Below are positions 38,825 to 48,293 of a stretch of 64,000 bases of DNA, piece by piece. The notes beneath the pieces were generated by a model, which was not told where the DNA came from, made no database searches, and was given only the letters and a program-made list of their open reading frames with translations. The DNA comes from Terriglobia bacterium. Lineage in GTDB: Bacteria > Acidobacteriota > Terriglobia > Acidiferrales > UBA7541. The translations under genes and the position numbers were made by a program. Within the stretch, counting starts at the first letter, position 1. The number at the start of each line of letters is the position of its first letter. The DNA is taken from contig OY968796.1 of assembly GCA_963695545.1 (NCBI GenBank), positions 3,872,001-3,936,000 of the forward strand. Direction: 5' to 3'.

Positions 38825-38926
38825 GGACTCGTCATTCTAAAGGACTTTAAGTCTTTTGCGCCAGAACTGGTGATTCTAAAAGGGATAAAAACGCGTTTTT
38901 CAGAACTGCTCATTCTAAAAGAGTTA
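38825..38926. repeat. Three direct repeats with an exact 39-bp period
   Basis: Core ATTCTAAA at 38834, 38873 and 38912. Unit consensus ACTsstsATTCTAAArGrswTA. Confidence 0.8.
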
Positions 38927-39108
38927 CGATGCGAGAATGGCGGATATGCCGACGCTGGGGCCGAAACCGCGATGGTTACCGGAAATGACCGAGAGTCGAG
39001 GCTCGCGAGCGCGAGGGGGGCCGGGACTTGTTCTTCGGGGCTCATGCAAAAGCTTAGCACGGTCGGTACTAGTCTGTCAATCAGATGGACATATCGATCG
39101 TGCGTCGG

Positions 39109-39138
39109 TTTCCGATAATCCGAGTAACCAGGAGTTGG
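39109..39138 (+). repeat. 30-bp direct repeat, copy 1 (dif/XerC-arm-like)
   Basis: TTTCCGATAATCCGAGTAACCAGGAGTTGG; 26/30 identical to 40599-40628. Confidence 0.7.
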
Positions 39139-39333
39139 CGATGTCTCCGAGTAGTCCGTTCACTGGTGACAAGGATTTGCCGACTGCGCCGAACGCACGA
39201 CCTCGAGCAGATTGCCGGCAACGATTGCTTCGGATTGCGGTACGATGCACCGGAATCCGCCAAGCGCGAGCGGACTGCCATGGCAGCGGGGTGGTCGGAG
39301 GCTCGTTCCGCGCCGCAATCGGAGACGCGTGAA

Positions 39334-39738
39334 ATGAGTTGGATGCGCTTTGCTCTTGCAGTATTTGCCAGTGGCTTGGGTTCCTCGCTCACGGACTGGT
39401 TTTTCATGGGCGATCTGCTTTACAAGAGATTTAATAAGCATCCCGAAATCTGGCGATATCCGGACGATAAGGGAGCATCCACAGCCATCGCCTGGTCCGC
39501 ACCACTACCGTTTCTGACGTGCGCAGTTTTCGCCTTCGCGTGCGTCCAATTGCACGTGTCCTCCTATGGCGCCACGGTCAAATTGGCAATCGAGGTGTGG
39601 CTCATCGCACCCGTGCCTTGGATTGTGACCACGTCCCTCTGGATGAAACTGCAGCCGACGATTGCGGCAGCGTATTCGGTCGGATGGCTTGTTAAACTTA
39701 TTCTGGCAGCCGTCGCGGTTGCCTCGGTCCTGCGCTAG
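39334..39738 (+). CDS. Small membrane protein (DUF1761-like)
   Basis: 134 aa with about four hydrophobic segments; TDWFFMG...HPEIWR; GGAG upstream. Confidence 0.65.
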   Translation: MSWMRFALAVFASGLGSSLTDWFFMGDLLYKRFNKHPEIWRYPDDKGASTAIAWSAPLPFLTCAVFAFACVQLHVSSYGATVKLAIEVWLIAPVPWIVTTSLWMKLQPTIAAAYSVGWLVKLILAAVAVASVLR

Positions 39739-39773
39739 CCGTGATGCAGGCCGACCGCCTGATAAACGCTGCC

Positions 39774-39971
39774 GGTTCAGACTCTCGACGCAACACCATC
39801 CATTCAGTTGATCCGACAAAGCTTCCCCTGGGGAACCGATCTGTTTGGCTGTCCTCGGTCAAAACCTCGCTGGGGTAGCGTTTCGGATGATCTAACCCAG
39901 CGAGCGAGTTTAGCTTTTGTTTTTAACGCAAGGTGGGTTCGAGCTGAGTGTTGCGTCGATCCATTCAGACC
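39774..39971 (+). mobile_element. IS30-family-derived MITE/remnant
   Basis: Imperfect terminal IRs share a perfect TCGACGCAACAC/GTGTTGCGTCGA. Internal translation IRQSFPWGTDL resembles the IS30 transposase C-terminal LRQYFPKGTDL. Confidence 0.65.
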
Positions 39972-40163
39972 ACTCGACTTATCGGGACTTGATCGGAAAT
40001 TCCGGATATTCAGGTCGTAGCGTACAATCGGCATCGGCAAAATTGGCATACGAGGCTACGCATCGACGGCCACGATTTCTTTCAAGAGGCGGAGAATACA
40101 TCGATCAGTGGACTATAGTTCAAACCGAACAAAGCGGAAAAATGATGGAGAGGAGCGACGTTG

Positions 40164-40583
40164 ATGAAGCTCATGCCCTTCCTACTTTTTGACGGCAACT
40201 GCGCCGAAGCGATGGCCTTTTACCAAGGTTGCTTGAGTGGAGACCTGACGATCACCAGGGTCTGCGACACGCCGATGAAGGGCCAAATGCCACCCGAGCT
40301 GCATCACAAAGTGGCATTCGCCAACCTGAGAAACGGCGTCGTGGAGCTTTCTGCCACAGACTGGCTCCACGCCACTCGAACCCCTCGGCAGGGCAATACC
40401 GTCGCCCTCTATATTTGCGCCGCGAAATATAACGAGATGAGGACAATCTTCGACAAGCTCGCCGAAGGAGCGAGCAAAGAGCTCCTCGATGACATCCGGG
40501 ATATGCCGTTTGGGAGCTACGGACACCTTGCAGATAAATATGGCGTCCATTGGTTCTTCCAAGGGGATAAATCAGAAGCCTAG
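40164..40583 (+). CDS. VOC/glyoxalase PhnB-family protein
   Basis: LMPFLLFDGNCAEAMAFY...PFGSYGHLADKYGVHW. Confidence 0.85.
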   Translation: MKLMPFLLFDGNCAEAMAFYQGCLSGDLTITRVCDTPMKGQMPPELHHKVAFANLRNGVVELSATDWLHATRTPRQGNTVALYICAAKYNEMRTIFDKLAEGASKELLDDIRDMPFGSYGHLADKYGVHWFFQGDKSEA

Positions 40584-40598
40584 TTACTGTGAGCCACT

Positions 40599-40628
40599 TT
40601 TCCGATAATCCGACCACTCAGGAGTTGG
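40599..40628 (+). repeat. 30-bp direct repeat, copy 2 (dif/XerC-arm-like)
   Basis: TTTCCGATAATCCGACCACTCAGGAGTTGG. Confidence 0.7.
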
Positions 40629-41030
40629 ACGCTTCGACGCGGTGTAGGCTCCGGGGTGGTCGAAGAAGCAGCGCGAGTTGACGAGTCGCATGCTCCGATT
40701 CCGCTAAGGCAATTGGCTTCTTGTCAGATTGAAGGCTCAAGATGAACGATCAACAAAAGAAGCAGCAGGGTTCTGAAGCGCGGGATCAAGAGATCCGCGC
40801 GGTCAATCGTGAATTGAACCAGCAGAAAAGCGCACGCGCCCACGGCTGAAATCCCAACCGATAAATTCCTTGCTTCAGAATGGAAGAGACCTCCCGCGAA
40901 ACTCACATCCCGATAGAGCGGTGTTAGAGCAAAATGACCCACTACCGAGTTCCCCGTTCGGTGGCACGGGACGAAGCTAGTATAGTACCGTCGGCGGGCT
41001 CCAAGAACGAAACCCAACTAAGGTGCCAAG

Positions 41031-41792
41031 GTGAGATTCTGTCTGGGACGTCACGTATATGGTTTGGCGGCCATCGTGTTCGGCGTCTGCGCGTTGGTGT
41101 GGCACGACTTCAATACTTGGCAACAGGTCCGGCCGCTGGGCGACCTTCCTCACCGCGCGACTTTCGCGTGCATTGTCGGCGTAATCGAGATCGCCGGCGG
41201 CCTGGCGATCCAATGGCGCGGAACGGCGCGAGCAGGCGCGACCGCACTGGGCGCGATCTATCTTATTTTTGCGTTGCTCTGGGTGCCGCGCATCATTGAG
41301 AGTCCGCGGGTTTACGATCCCTACGGCAATTTTTTCGAGCAGTTTTCTCTAGTCTCTGGGGCGTTGATCGTTTACGGGTCCGTTCGTTTCCGCAATTCGG
41401 AGCGAGCGGGGAAATTGGCTCGCATTGGGTACTTCTGTTTCGGGATTTGCGTGGTTTCATTCATGTTCGAACAGCTGTTTATTCTTTCCGCAACCGCATC
41501 GTTCGTTCCGAAGTGGATTCCTCCGGGGCAAATGTTTTGGGCGATAGCAACAACGATTGCGTTCGCGCTCGCAGCCATTGCCCTGTTCTCTGGGCGTTCG
41601 GCCCTTCTCGCGTCTCGCTTATTGACGGCGATGATCGTAGCCTTTGGCTTGCTTATATGGGTCCCGGCACTGTTTGCCGATCCTCATAATCTCTTTAACT
41701 GGGCGGCCAATGCCGAGAATTTGGGTATAGCCGGATCGGCGTGGATCGTCGCGGACTTTCTCAGCCAAATTCGCTCAGCAAAGGCTGTTTAG
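41031..41792 (+). CDS. Multi-pass membrane protein (DoxX-like)
   Basis: 253 aa with about eight hydrophobic segments; VPKWIPPGQMFWA; AAGG upstream of GTG. Confidence 0.75.
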   Translation: MRFCLGRHVYGLAAIVFGVCALVWHDFNTWQQVRPLGDLPHRATFACIVGVIEIAGGLAIQWRGTARAGATALGAIYLIFALLWVPRIIESPRVYDPYGNFFEQFSLVSGALIVYGSVRFRNSERAGKLARIGYFCFGICVVSFMFEQLFILSATASFVPKWIPPGQMFWAIATTIAFALAAIALFSGRSALLASRLLTAMIVAFGLLIWVPALFADPHNLFNWAANAENLGIAGSAWIVADFLSQIRSAKAV

Positions 41793-41876
41793 AACTCGAT
41801 CGGCCGATTCCCAGCTCACAGGGAATGTGGGACGTTAACGGTGAGCCGGCGCTGGGTAGGTACCGCTGTGCAAGAA

Positions 41877-43097
41877 TTAAATCGCGTCGCGGCGCGGCCA
41901 GAATTCCGCCCATTCGCCGGCGGACATTTCCAAGCGTTCGGGGCGCACCACCAGGAAACCATTGCCACGCGCGAGCGCCACGATGTCGCCGGAGCTTAGC
42001 CAGGGCAACTCCATCACGTTGGGCACGCCCTCGGCGGTCCATTCGAGGCGCGCGGGGAGGAAATGCGCGAGCGGGGCTTTCTGCCGCACCGGCGCCGCCA
42101 AACGCGCGGGGATTAACGTGAGCGGGGTTGGCTCGGCGCCCGCGAGCAATTCGATCGCGGGGCGCACGAACAACTCGAACGTCACCATAGTCGAAGCGGG
42201 ATTGCCGGGCAGGCCGAAAATCCAAACATTGCGGCAGCGGCCGAACACCATCGGGCGGCCGGGGCGGATGGCCACGGCGTCAAAGAAAAATTCCGCTCCC
42301 ATGGCTTTCAGCACCGGCTCAACCAGATCGTACTTCCCTGCCGAGACGCCGCCCGAAAGGATCAGGATATCGGCCGCGGCCAAACCTTTTTCAATCCGGC
42401 CATGGAGCACGTCGGCGTTGTCGGCGGCGTTGCCCAGGGCGATGGGCGCGGCGCCCGATTCGGCGGCAAGAGCTGCGACTGAGACGCCGTTGCTATTGCG
42501 AATCGCGAATGGGCCAACGGCGTCAGCGACGCCGACCACTTCGTCGCCGGTCGAAAGGATCGCCACGCGCGGGCGCGCCGACACATCGATTCGCGCGCGG
42601 CCCACTTGCGCCGCAACGCCCATTTCCGCCGCGCCCATGCGCGTGCCGGGAGGCAACAGCACGTCGCCGTCGCGCGCTTCGCATCCGCGCGCGGCGATAT
42701 TCTGGCCCGGCGCGACGGCGCGATCCGAGCGCACCCGCGTGCCCGATACCTGCGTGTGCTCGATCATCACCACGGCGTCCGCGCCTTCCGGCACCGCCGC
42801 GCCCGTCATAATCTCGACGCACTGACCCGGGCCGATTATCGCGGCGAACGACGCGCCGGCGCGAATTTCGCCGACGATCTCAAGCGCCGCTCCGGGCGCG
42901 GCGAGATCGGCCGAGCGCACGGCAAATCCGTCGCGCGTGGCGCGATTGAAAGGAGGGTAATCGCGGTCGGCAACGACCGGTTGCGCCAAAACGCGGCCTA
43001 GCGCGTCGCCAAGATCAATTGTTTCGGAAGTGGGCAAGCTGCGCGCCGCCCGAATCGTATCGATCACTTTCGCGCGCGCTTCGGAAAACGCCAGCAT
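41877..43097 (-). CDS. moeA: Molybdopterin molybdotransferase MoeA
   Basis: Motifs ALGRVLA, DGFAV, IMTGA, STGDE, SGGVSAGKYD and GLPGNP. Confidence 0.94.
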   Translation of the reverse strand: MLAFSEARAKVIDTIRAARSLPTSETIDLGDALGRVLAQPVVADRDYPPFNRATRDGFAVRSADLAAPGAALEIVGEIRAGASFAAIIGPGQCVEIMTGAAVPEGADAVVMIEHTQVSGTRVRSDRAVAPGQNIAARGCEARDGDVLLPPGTRMGAAEMGVAAQVGRARIDVSARPRVAILSTGDEVVGVADAVGPFAIRNSNGVSVAALAAESGAAPIALGNAADNADVLHGRIEKGLAAADILILSGGVSAGKYDLVEPVLKAMGAEFFFDAVAIRPGRPMVFGRCRNVWIFGLPGNPASTMVTFELFVRPAIELLAGAEPTPLTLIPARLAAPVRQKAPLAHFLPARLEWTAEGVPNVMELPWLSSGDIVALARGNGFLVVRPERLEMSAGEWAEFWPRRDAI

Positions 43098-43122
43098 GGT
43101 TAGAATCCGCCGCGAATCGCCG

Positions 43123-44427
43123 TCAGAGCCAGCCGGCGAGCTGCGTGCCCGGCAAAATAATCGTCGCGTCGCGCTCGGGGCCAGTGGAGATCATGCCGAT
43201 TTCGATCTCCAAGCTATCGGAAATGAACTTCAGATAATCACGCGCGGCTCGCGGCAGTTGCTCGGCGTCGCGCACGCCTTCGGTGGCGGCGAGCCAGCCG
43301 GGCAGCGTGCGATAGACGGGCGTGATCTCGGCGAACTCTTCCGCGGTGGACGGCATTTCCGTCAGCAGCGAACCTTTGTAACGATAGCCGGTGCAGACCT
43401 GGATTTCGCGTTGCGTATCGAACACGTCGAGCTTGGTGACCACCAGCGAAGATATTCCGTTGATCATCTTCGCGTAGCGCAGCACCACCATGTCCAGCCA
43501 GCCGCAGCGGCGCGGGCGTCCGGTGACGGCGCCGAATTCATTGCCGCGCTGGCGCAGCTCGGTGTTTTCAAGATCGGGCATTTCCGTGGGAAAAGGACCG
43601 CTGCCCACGCGCGTCGTGTAAGCCTTCGTGACGCCGACGACGCCCGTGATGCTGGTCGGCCCAACTCCCGCGCCGGTGCATGCGCCGCCGGATGTGGCAT
43701 TCGACGACGTGACGTAGGGATACGTGCCGTAGTCGATGTCCAGCATGGTGCCTTGCGCGCCCTCGAAAAGCACCGAGCCGCCGCGGCGCATGGCGCCGTT
43801 CACCAGCTCGGCCGTGTCGCAAACATAAGGGCGCAACCGCTCGCCATATTCCAAGTAGCGTTCCGCGACTCCGCCGAGATCGAGATGCACGCCGTAGGTC
43901 GCCCAGCACACCGCGTCTTTGTCACGCGCCACGCGCTCGAACTTCTCGTGGAATTTCTTCGCGTCCGCCAGATCGGCCACGCGCAAGCCGTCGCGCGCCA
44001 TCTTGTCCTGATACGCCGGGCCGATGCCGCGCGAAGTGGTGCCGATTTTCGCCGCGCCGCGCGCCGCTTCGGCGGCCTTCTCCAGTTGCCGGTGATAGGG
44101 AAAAATCAGATGCGCGCGCTTGGAAAGGTGCAGACGGCCGGTGAAGTCGATTCCGGCTGCGGACAATTCATCGATCTCGCCAACCAGCGCTTCGGGGTCC
44201 ACCACGACGCCCGTGCCGATCACCGCATGACGACCCGGCCGCAGAATGCCGGAAGGAATCAATCGCAGGATGAAGCGCCGGCCGTCGAAAATAACGGTGT
44301 GGCCGGCGTTGTGGCCGCCGGCGCAGCGCACGATGTAGTCAAACGAGGCGGCCAGGTAGTCCACCACCTTGCCCTTGCCTTCGTCTCCCCATTGCGCACC
44401 CACCACAACTACAGCTTTCGCCGCCAC
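43123..44427 (-). CDS. purA: Adenylosuccinate synthetase
   Basis: Motifs GAQWGDEGKGK, NAGHT, EGAQG and TGRPRRCGWLD. Confidence 0.97.
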   Translation of the reverse strand: MAAKAVVVVGAQWGDEGKGKVVDYLAASFDYIVRCAGGHNAGHTVIFDGRRFILRLIPSGILRPGRHAVIGTGVVVDPEALVGEIDELSAAGIDFTGRLHLSKRAHLIFPYHRQLEKAAEAARGAAKIGTTSRGIGPAYQDKMARDGLRVADLADAKKFHEKFERVARDKDAVCWATYGVHLDLGGVAERYLEYGERLRPYVCDTAELVNGAMRRGGSVLFEGAQGTMLDIDYGTYPYVTSSNATSGGACTGAGVGPTSITGVVGVTKAYTTRVGSGPFPTEMPDLENTELRQRGNEFGAVTGRPRRCGWLDMVVLRYAKMINGISSLVVTKLDVFDTQREIQVCTGYRYKGSLLTEMPSTAEEFAEITPVYRTLPGWLAATEGVRDAEQLPRAARDYLKFISDSLEIEIGMISTGPERDATIILPGTQLAGWL

Positions 44428-44647
44428 GCTCGCTCCATTTCGCACACGCATATCGGGCCTGGCGCGTTTCGATCAGGCCGGTCGAGAGCAGCTATTTTGA
44501 CCGGGAAAATGGCCCAAATGCGCGGATCTCAATCCTACCGTGCGCTTTGGACGAAGGCAAGAGCGCCTGAGCGCGGCCAGCAAACTGGTTCGGGGCTCTG
44601 CGGAGACAATCTGAAGTGACGAGTGGTTCGTCAGGCAACGCCGGCTG

Positions 44648-44696
44648 AAAAAAGAAGCCGCCCCGCGCAACACCATTGCCTGGCGTGGCGCGGGGC
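44648..44696 (-). terminator. Intrinsic terminator after the minimal PEP-CTERM gene
   Basis: Minus-strand stem GCCCCGCGC...GCGCGGGGC followed by GGCTTCTTTTTT. Confidence 0.65.
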
Positions 44697-44715
44697 ATGC
44701 GACTCAAACGAGGGT

Positions 44716-44904
44716 TTACTTTACGTCAGACTTGGAGAAGCGGTTCCGCGCAACCAGGGCCAACCCGCCCAAAACGAACAGGCCAGCGGCAAGTTGTACG
44801 AAACTGCTCGGCTCCGGAGCAACGGCTGCCGGCCCAACAGCAAAGGCCGGTGCTGCACTAACCAAGGCACCCACGGTTGCCATTGCCAGGACGAGTTTCT
44901 TCAT
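44716..44904 (-). CDS. Minimal 62-aa PEP-CTERM protein
   Basis: MKKLVLAMATVGALVSAAPAFA|VGPAAVAPEPSSFVQLAAGLFVLGGLALVARNRFSKSDVK, with RBS GAGGGAG, its own promoter and a terminator. Confidence 0.82.
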   Translation of the reverse strand: MKKLVLAMATVGALVSAAPAFAVGPAAVAPEPSSFVQLAAGLFVLGGLALVARNRFSKSDVK

Positions 44905-44945
44905 AGGTTCTCCCTCAGACTGGCTTGCTACAACGTGGAAAATAC

Positions 44946-44962
44946 AGCACTTTAATTGCCAA
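44946..44962 (-). promoter_or_regulatory. sigma-54 (-24/-12) promoter
   Basis: Minus strand TTGGCAATTAAAGTGCT has GG-N10-GC spacing and lies about 42 nt upstream of ATG 44904. Confidence 0.7.
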
Positions 44963-45202
44963 CGCAAGATCTAAACAAAACGAGCAAAATACGGCTTGCG
45001 AGCTTTGAGTATCGGTCCTTGAGCGTCAACCGCGGTGCTGCTATCTGCAAATGGTTGCGACATCTGTGTGCCGCGTCTAACGAAGCACGCTGGCGGAACT
45101 TTGCGCCACGAAGCTTGTCTTTGCGACCCATGCGGCGCATGGTGTAACCTACGGGTGCGGGCTCGGCAAACAGCCCGCGATAACTTTGTTCAGGAGATTC
45201 CG

Positions 45203-45682
45203 ATGCCTGAAACCGAGATCGCTACGTTTGGCGCGGGATGTTTCTGGGGCGTGGAAGCGGCGTTCCGGCGCGTTCCCGGGGTGATTGACGTCGCCGTGGG
45301 CTACTCCGGCGGCCACACCGCGAATCCCACTTATAAAGACGTGTGTACGGACCGTACCGGGCACGCCGAGGTCGTCGAAGTCACCTATGACCCGGCCCAG
45401 GTGAGCTACGATCAACTCCTAAATGTTTTCTGGGAGGAACACGACCCCACGCAGGTGAATCGCCAGGGGCCGGACTTCGGCACTCAGTACCGCAGCGCGA
45501 TTTTCTTTCACTCACCTGAACAGGAAGCCACCGCAAAAAAATCGAAGGCCGCGCTTGAGGCGTCGGGAAAATTCCGCCGCCCCATCGCCACGGAGATCAC
45601 GCCGGCCTCGAAGTTCCATCGCGCCGAGGAGTACCACCAGCGCTATCTTGAAAAGCGCGGCGCCGCGTCCTGCCACTTCTAG
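45203..45682 (+). CDS. msrA: Peptide methionine sulfoxide reductase A
   Basis: Motifs GCFWGVE, GHAEVV and AEEYHQRY. Confidence 0.96.
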   Translation: MPETEIATFGAGCFWGVEAAFRRVPGVIDVAVGYSGGHTANPTYKDVCTDRTGHAEVVEVTYDPAQVSYDQLLNVFWEEHDPTQVNRQGPDFGTQYRSAIFFHSPEQEATAKKSKAALEASGKFRRPIATEITPASKFHRAEEYHQRYLEKRGAASCHF

Positions 45683-45693
45683 GTTTACAGAAT

Positions 45694-46029
45694 TTACGCC
45701 AGGGCCTTCTCGACGGCCTTGGTGATTTGATCCTTCGGAACCGCGCCGACGATCTGCTCAGCCACTTGCCCGCCCTTGAAGATAAGCAGCGTGGGAATGC
45801 CGCGGATATTGAACTTGCCGGCCGAGTTCACGTTCTCGTCCACGTTCAGCTTCACAACTTTTAGCCGCCCGGAATACGCGGTCGCGATTTCCGCCACCGT
45901 CGGAGCCAGCATATGACACGGCCGGCACCACTCCGCCCAGAAATCCACCATCACGGGCGTCGTGCTGCTCGCGTCGATCACTTCCGCCTGAAAACTGCTG
46001 TCGCTTACACTACTGACATTTTCCGCCAT
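45694..46029 (-). CDS. trxA: Thioredoxin
   Basis: VDFWAEWCRPC and IRGIPTL. Confidence 0.93.
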   Translation of the reverse strand: MAENVSSVSDSSFQAEVIDASSTTPVMVDFWAEWCRPCHMLAPTVAEIATAYSGRLKVVKLNVDENVNSAGKFNIRGIPTLLIFKGGQVAEQIVGAVPKDQITKAVEKALA

Positions 46030-46114
46030 CTCAACCTTTCCCGCGGGGGCACGGAGCATCTTAAACCCACTCCCCGCCTTCATAAACTGTTTTGTTGCGT
46101 CCTAATTATGCGTC

Positions 46115-47590
46115 CTAATTAGATGTCGCAGCGCCCGTTCGGTTTCTGCCTTTCCACGCGACCTCGTACAGCCGAGCATACTCCGCCGCCGAGGCGTTCC
46201 AGGAATAATCCTTCGCCATGCCGTTCAATTGCAACTGCTGCCACGTCAGGCGGTCGGGAAAAACTGCCAGCGCCTCGCGCACGGCGCCCAGCAGCGCGGC
46301 GCCCTCGTAAGCCGAGAATTTGAAACCGGTTCCCTGCTGCGTGCTCGCGTCGAATGCTTCGATCGTATCGTCCAAACCGCCGGTGGCGCGCACGATCGGC
46401 ACCGTGCCGTAGCGCAGACTATAAATCTGATTCAGCCCGCAAGGCTCGTAGTGCGACGGCATCAAAAACATGTCCGCTCCCGCCTCGACCTTGTGCGCGA
46501 TGGTATTGTCGTAGGTCACCATCACCGCGACCTTGTGCGGGAAGCGCGCCGCCAAATCGCGGAACAATTGTTCATAGCGCGCCTCGCCCGCTCCGAGCGC
46601 CACAATCGCCAGATCGAGCTTCATTAGTTCGCCGGCCACTTGCTCCACCAAATCGAATCCCTTCTGCGCCGCGAATCGCGAAACGATCCCGACAAGCGGT
46701 CGGTCCACATCCGTCTCCCGCGAAGCCGGCAGCCCGAACAGATTGAGCAGATCCTTTTTGCATACGCGCTTGCCGCTGAAATCGCGCGTCGAATACGGAG
46801 CGGCGATCAATTTGTCTTTCTCCGGGCTCCACACACTGTAATCCACGCCGTTCAAAATTCCCTGCAGGCGATCCGCGCGCGCGCGCACCACGCCGTCGAG
46901 GCCGCATCCGTATTCCGTGGTCTGAATTTCCTGCGCATAAGTCGGGCTGACGGTCGTTAGATAATCCGAAAACACCAATCCGCCCTTCAGAAAATCGGCC
47001 TTGCCGTAAAACTCCATGGCCTCGACGCTGAAAAGCGACGCCGGCAATCCGAGTTGCGTCAGCACGCCGCGCGGAAAGGCGCCGTGGTAGCCCATGTTGT
47101 GAATCGTGAAAATTACCGGCACGCGCGCGAACGCCGGATCGCCCGAGTATTGCGTGCGCAGCAGCACCGGCACGAGTGCCGCCTGCCAATCATGACAATG
47201 AATCACGTCGAACGGCCCGCCGCGCTTCGCGAATTCCACCACCGCGCGCGCGTATTCGCCGAAGCGATCCGCATTGTCCGCATAATCTTTGCCCTGCACG
47301 CCGTAGAGCGCCTCGCGATCGAAATATTCCGGGTCGTCGACGAAAAAGTAGCGCACCCCAACCTTTGCTCCGCCTCCAACGATCGATGGGAATCGAAGCC
47401 GCTCTCCAAATGCCACCGTGAGGCTCGGCAGCACAATGGGTTCCGTTGGATTTTTTCGATAGCGCGGCAGAATCACGCTCACTTCATGACCCAGAGCGAC
47501 CAGCGCTTTCGGCAGCGCCTCAACCACGTCGGCCAATCCGCCGGTCTTCGAGTACGGAAGTCCCTCGGACGCCGCAAACAGGATTTTCAT
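46115..47590 (-). CDS. glgA: Glycogen synthase
   Basis: Motifs KTGGLADV, HCHDWQ and EPCGLNQ. Confidence 0.95.
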   Translation of the reverse strand: MKILFAASEGLPYSKTGGLADVVEALPKALVALGHEVSVILPRYRKNPTEPIVLPSLTVAFGERLRFPSIVGGGAKVGVRYFFVDDPEYFDREALYGVQGKDYADNADRFGEYARAVVEFAKRGGPFDVIHCHDWQAALVPVLLRTQYSGDPAFARVPVIFTIHNMGYHGAFPRGVLTQLGLPASLFSVEAMEFYGKADFLKGGLVFSDYLTTVSPTYAQEIQTTEYGCGLDGVVRARADRLQGILNGVDYSVWSPEKDKLIAAPYSTRDFSGKRVCKKDLLNLFGLPASRETDVDRPLVGIVSRFAAQKGFDLVEQVAGELMKLDLAIVALGAGEARYEQLFRDLAARFPHKVAVMVTYDNTIAHKVEAGADMFLMPSHYEPCGLNQIYSLRYGTVPIVRATGGLDDTIEAFDASTQQGTGFKFSAYEGAALLGAVREALAVFPDRLTWQQLQLNGMAKDYSWNASAAEYARLYEVAWKGRNRTGAATSN

Positions 47591-47750
47591 GTACCCTCGA
47601 GGTGATCTCCCAAACTACTGAACGCCAAAAGTTTCGTCAAGCCCGCGTTGCGCGCGAGCAAACACCTCGAGCGCGCGACGCCCGCGTTTCATCGGTCCAA
47701 TTGGAAATTTCGGTTTGAACGCCTCGAAATCTCGGCGTCGGCTTCCGTCC

Positions 47751-48293
47751 TTAGCTCTTCACCGCCGCCGCGGCAATCCGTGCCTGCTGTGCTCGCGTCA
47801 AATGCGGCACGACTCCGACGATTCGCTCGATCACCATCAATTGCCCGCGATGATGCATCTCGTGTTCCTTCACGCCGAGGATCATCTCGAATCGGCTCTT
47901 CGTGGCGATAGGCGCGCCCGGAGGCATTTCGACTTGCTCCGCAAGAAATGCATCGCTTAGCCCCTCGAGCCATCCCGCGAATTTTTCGCCGGAGCTCGTA
48001 AGCAATTCGATGGTCTGCGCTTTGCTCCGCAGAATTTTCTCCTCCGCCGCCAACTGTTTCCCTCGCGCCATAAAATCGTATCCCACCAGCGTAGCGCGGT
48101 GCTCCTGCCCGTGAATCTGGTACTGAAATTGAGAAGTGAGAGCGATATGCACCAACAGTTCCCCGACGGATTTCGACTCCGCCGTCGGCCGGAATCCATA
48201 TTTGTCTTCCGGAATATCCTGCGCGATCACGATCGTGTTCTTGCGCACGGTGCGAAAACTTTCCGCCATCTGCTTACCGCCGTAATGATTCAC
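47751..48293 (-). CDS. DinB-family protein
   Basis: FRPTAESKSVGELLVHI...HEMHHRGQL. Confidence 0.88.
   Translation of the reverse strand: MNHYGGKQMAESFRTVRKNTIVIAQDIPEDKYGFRPTAESKSVGELLVHIALTSQFQYQIHGQEHRATLVGYDFMARGKQLAAEEKILRSKAQTIELLTSSGEKFAGWLEGLSDAFLAEQVEMPPGAPIATKSRFEMILGVKEHEMHHRGQLMVIERIVGVVPHLTRAQQARIAAAAVKS

Noticed and set aside
38825..38926. CRISPR array
   Set aside because: Only three degenerate units with about 14-nt spacers, which is too short, and there are no cas genes.
38533..39118. ORFs 38533-39060 (-) and 38708-39118 (+)
   Set aside because: They translate REP and 39-bp DNA repeats, have no RBS or domain, and are likely spurious.
39060..41800. Integron cassette array
   Set aside because: There is no integrase and no convincing RYYYAAC...GTTRRRY attC hairpins after the genes.
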